This document shows, piece by piece, positions 60,590 to 64,000 of a stretch of 64,000 nucleotides of DNA; within the stretch, counting starts at the first letter, position 1, and the number at the start of each line of letters is the position of its first letter. A program made the position numbers and the translations under genes. Source of the stretch: Stegostoma tigrinum (lineage: Eukaryota); contig NC_081382.1 in NCBI RefSeq assembly GCF_030684315.1, positions 4,000,833 to 4,064,832 of the forward strand, read 5' to 3'. The notes below the pieces were generated by a model. The model was not told the DNA's origin, did no database searches, and saw nothing but the letters and a program-made list of their open reading frames with translations.

Positions 60590-61327
60590 CTACATGATGA
60601 CACAGGAAGACAATGGGTTTCGGAGCTGGCAGCTGCAGGCTGCCCCGCAATACTGCTGGAAGGTCTGGTAGCAGCTGCGGTCAGCCTCACTGCCCCATTG
60701 GCCCGGGTTGGCAGTGAGGCCTTCAGCTGGCAGCCGGGCCAGGATGCTGGTGTTGATTGCCAGAGCTGCCAGGCCATAGTCGGTGAAGAGGACGGTCTCC
60801 CGGCGGCAAGTAGGGCACGAGATGAACTTGTACTTGGGGCAGGACTCGTAGAGGATCTGCAGGCACTCCTCGCACACCGAGTGTAGACAGGAGAGGATCC
60901 GTGGACGTTTGTTGGTGGCATTGTACACGTGGCCACAGGTGGGGCATTCCAGGGGTTCAGAAGTGGTTGACTGGTGAAGAACGTACTGATTAACGATGAC
61001 CTCATCTGATGGGGTCTGCCGGTGGTAACACAGTTCGGCACTAGCCTTGCGATGGCCCTGGACAAATTTTTCACGGCGGGGTGGTGTCCGGGCCAGCCCG
61101 CTAGGGCTCCGGGCTTTCTCCAGGGTGGGGACGTCAGCGCAGGCCTGGTTTGCGATGATCTCGGATTCTAGGGGCCAGGCACACTTTCCCACAAGCGGTG
61201 GCTCACGTACGCACTGTGAGGGCCCGTACCGGCCCTGTGAGCTTGAGCACTCCGCAAACTTCTCCACTGGCACAATCTTCACTGCCTCCATCTTGATGGC
61301 AGCCTGCTGCTGTTTCAGGCACGCCAT
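60590..61327 (-). CDS. RNF208: RING finger protein 208, 245 aa, single coding exon
   Basis: Recognisable throughout: KMEAVKIV.EKF, EIIANQAC, DEVIVNQYV, EPLECPTCGH…PRILSCLHSVCEECLQILYESCPKYKFISCPTCRRETVLFTDYGLAALAINTSIL, CYQTFQQYCGAAC…NPLS.C.IM. Start context gcccATGg. Confidence 0.97.
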   Translation of the reverse strand: MACLKQQQAAIKMEAVKIVPVEKFAECSSSQGRYGPSQCVREPPLVGKCAWPLESEIIANQACADVPTLEKARSPSGLARTPPRREKFVQGHRKASAELCYHRQTPSDEVIVNQYVLHQSTTSEPLECPTCGHVYNATNKRPRILSCLHSVCEECLQILYESCPKYKFISCPTCRRETVLFTDYGLAALAINTSILARLPAEGLTANPGQWGSEADRSCYQTFQQYCGAACSCQLRNPLSSCVIM

Positions 61328-61773
61328 GGGCTAGGGGTCTGAGAGTCCCAGCTGCGATTAGGCAGCTTGCTTCACAGGTAGGGCCTGCACTCCCTTCCCT
61401 GTCTGACCATCTCTGCACCTTTGCAGGTTTCTCTCTTTGCACCAGGAGTCTTCACTATCCATACAGTCAATTCAGGCTGCAACACAATCTGTAAGAATCA
61501 TCCTGAATCGTTTGCACAGTCCACATCAGTTTCAAACACGCTGCTCTTTATACAATGAAGCTAAGGTGTCAGTTTTTATAACTGTATGTCCTGACTTCTC
61601 TTCCTCTTTTGGATGCTCAATCTCTTAACGGCAGTGAATGCTGCAAAATGAGCAGGCGAACACTGCAAACATATCCCAGAAGAAAGCTTTATGACAGAAC
61701 TGAGTCAACGACACAGAAGCTCTCAGCTTAGCAATAGTGAATTATATGAAGATGCTTGCTTGAATCACGTTAC

Positions 61774-62030
61774 CTGCACTTGTAGTAAATCTGGTGGTTC
61801 CAGTTTTCAATTGAGCAGTCCTCCTTCTAGCTAGCTGCACAGTGTCTGTCTCTGTATTGACAGTAAGGGCAGTGGCTGCTCTGCAGCTTGCTCTCTCTCT
61901 CTCTCTCTCCTCTCTCGGTCTGTCTCTTGGAGCCCTCTGTTTACCTTCGATGGCAGTATTGTCTGCAGCAGCACTGCAGTACTGCAGCGAGCTCACATTT
62001 CTCTCATTCAGCAGTGTAGGGGCTACAGGC
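61774..62030 (-). other. RNF208: Possible non-coding 5' exon/promoter-proximal region of RNF208 (intron 61489-61773)
   Basis: Donor CAG|gtaacg at 61774/61773 and acceptor gattcttacag| at 61489/61488. GA microsatellite at ~61891-61915. 5' boundary unknown. Confidence 0.35.
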
Positions 62031-63659
62031 CGCAGTACCTCAACTCAGGCTACCTTTGCAACTGAAACCAACGTCTAGCTGCTTGTATTTTTCATTCATC
62101 TGCCTAACCTTCAAAGGGTTTGCGCCGTGTTGCAATCGATGCTGAGAAAGCAGAGGATGATGCTGTTGCCATTTCCTTCCTGAGTCACAGTGGCTTAGTG
62201 CTGTTACTGCAAGAGAAGGCAGCTATTCCCCTGACTACTTCACACCCTCCTAGTCAGCGAGGTCACCTCTAGATAGTTCACACACTTAACCCCTCCATTC
62301 TCCCTCTGTGTTCAATGTTGACTGCTGTCTTCTGACACCTCTGACTATCTGCAGTTTGATAATGGGCAATGACGAAAAGGAAATAATATTTGTTTTTAGT
62401 CCCTTTTGAAGTCTGTTTGACCTGTTTTCACTCTCAAAATGTCTCAATACAGTGACATTTATTAAAAGTTTGTGACAATGGCATTTGAATTTTCAAGACA
62501 AAGGGGACCCAACAAAATGTTTAATTCCATGAGGTGCTTCCAAAGAAAGTTAAAGTGAATGTTTTCAGTTCATTAAGAAACTTTAGTTTAAGGATTGACT
62601 GTTTACAATTCAGAAAATGACACAGATCAAACAGATTGGCAGAGAAGGCAAGATAAATCTTGAAGTTGTCAGAGACAGATACTAAGCTTGAGTTTTAAAA
62701 CCCTGCTGATTGCAAGCTGACAGTCGGTTGATGAGAGGAAAGGGTGTTCTACACTGTGTTAAAGTACACTGAGTCCTCAGAACAGTTTAGGACAGAACTT
62801 AATGCAAACAGTACTTTACAAAGACATGGAATAACTCAATGAGAGAAAAGAATAAATTCTGACCCAATGAGAACAACGTAAGGAACAACATCTGGGACAT
62901 ATCGAGACAATGAAAAGATTCCCTGAACACCAAAGAGCATTTGGACTCTTCCCTGGATTAATGGGCTAAAAGCATTGGCTATCCCCTGCTGTTAAGGCTT
63001 GTAAATTAAATGTATGTGGACACTCTGAGCTTGGAACCTTGCATATGGTTTGGAGTTTCTAACTCAAGGCTGGCTGTGCTTTTGGTGGGGGATGTGGCCT
63101 ACAAAATAGATTAGGCAGCACACCACCTTCCCAATGATCCTTGAAGTGCCCTCATGATACCAGGCTGCAGGTGAGGTTGAAACTGGGCGCATACTTATTC
63201 AATGGTCTTCACTGTGGGTAAATAATTAATAACTACTTAGGCCTCAATATTATGTTGCCCTTGTTGTAAAATGGTTGACATTGGCAGATAGGCTGCTTGA
63301 TTTTTTAAAAAAATAAAGCTTTCAAAAGAACTGGAAGTAAAAGTGGTACAATTAATGGAGGGTGTCGTTTTTACATCAGGGCACCCGCGTCAGAAGATGA
63401 TCCTCACCCTTCCCACCTCTCCATCTGGAATTGAAACCTACATCCTTTACCCTCTTGCCCCGCTTCCTAAGATGCTTGAAACCTCTCCACTCAGTGCTCT
63501 CAACTTATGTTGGTCTGAGATCCCACTGGCTTCTATCCTGGGAATGTTCACATGCCCAGCAATGCCCACTATTGACTCCTTGTGCTGCTGGCACTGCAGG
63601 AGTTGACGATGGGTATTTCTCCCACTGCCAGAGGGAACTCACAAAGCTGGCATCCACGT

Positions 63660-64000
63660 TCAGCAGGTAATAGGGAAGGCAATTGGGATGTTGGCCTTTA
63701 TTTTAAAGGGAATTGAGTGTAAAAGTAGGGTGGTCTTGCTAAAATGATACAAGGCACTAGTCTGACCAGAGTTGGAATTCTGTGAATAGTTTTGGGCCTC
63801 TTATCTAAGGAAAAATATTCTGGCATGGGAGGTAGTCCAGAGAAGTTTCCCTTGGCTGATATTGGATTTGGGGGGACTGTCTTATGAGAGGATGTTGAGA
63901 AGGTTGGGCCTATTCTCATTGGAATTCAGGAGAATGAGAGGTGACCTGATTGAAACAGAAAAGATTCTTAGGAGATTTGAAAGGGTAGATGAGAGAGGTT
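63660..64000 (+). mobile_element. CR1 3' fragment running off the window
   Basis: gggatgttggcctttatt…ggaattcaggagaatgagaggtgacctgattgaaac. Confidence 0.85.

Noticed and set aside
60397-61074. 225-aa alternative-frame ORF overlapping RNF208
   Set aside because: Shadow frame of a GC-rich CDS, S/P/A-rich with no domain, and probably a non-ATG start.
61742-61996. 84-aa - strand ORF with a phase-1 donor that could formally splice to the CHAT exon
   Set aside because: Includes a GA microsatellite and has no CHAT features. Better explained as RNF208 5' UTR.

Overview
Eukaryotic, repeat-rich genomic DNA, almost certainly from a shark or ray: HE1/V-SINEs, Deu-domain SINEs, CR1 LINEs and Penelope-derived short elements dominate. 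Three host genes are visible. (1) RNF208 has an intronless CDS on the - strand (60590-61327) ending in a CVIM CaaX box. (2) An uncharacterised RING-HC E3 ligase with a long disordered N-terminus and a C-terminal transmembrane tail lies on the + strand (13416-14681). (3) Two phase-compatible - strand exons (8470-8617 and 106-272), which the ORF track never joins, encode the C-terminal end of a CHAT (caspase-like, TTC28-type) domain that is too divergent to be TTC28 itself. Its upstream exons were not found, so one or both RING genes may be nested in one of its introns. About two dozen Penelope-derived elements carry minimal hammerhead-ribozyme cores (CTGAnGA-stem-GAAAcgTC), intact or decayed. 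Many are inserted as TSD-flanked palindromes, and there is one 1.5-kb fold-back. Also present: a fossil Ty1/copia gag-protease-integrase, a TA-flanked MITE, RTE and Tx1-like fragments, a G-rich minisatellite, a phased CCAAT array and an old AT-rich satellite. Repeat boundaries are read by eye and approximate.
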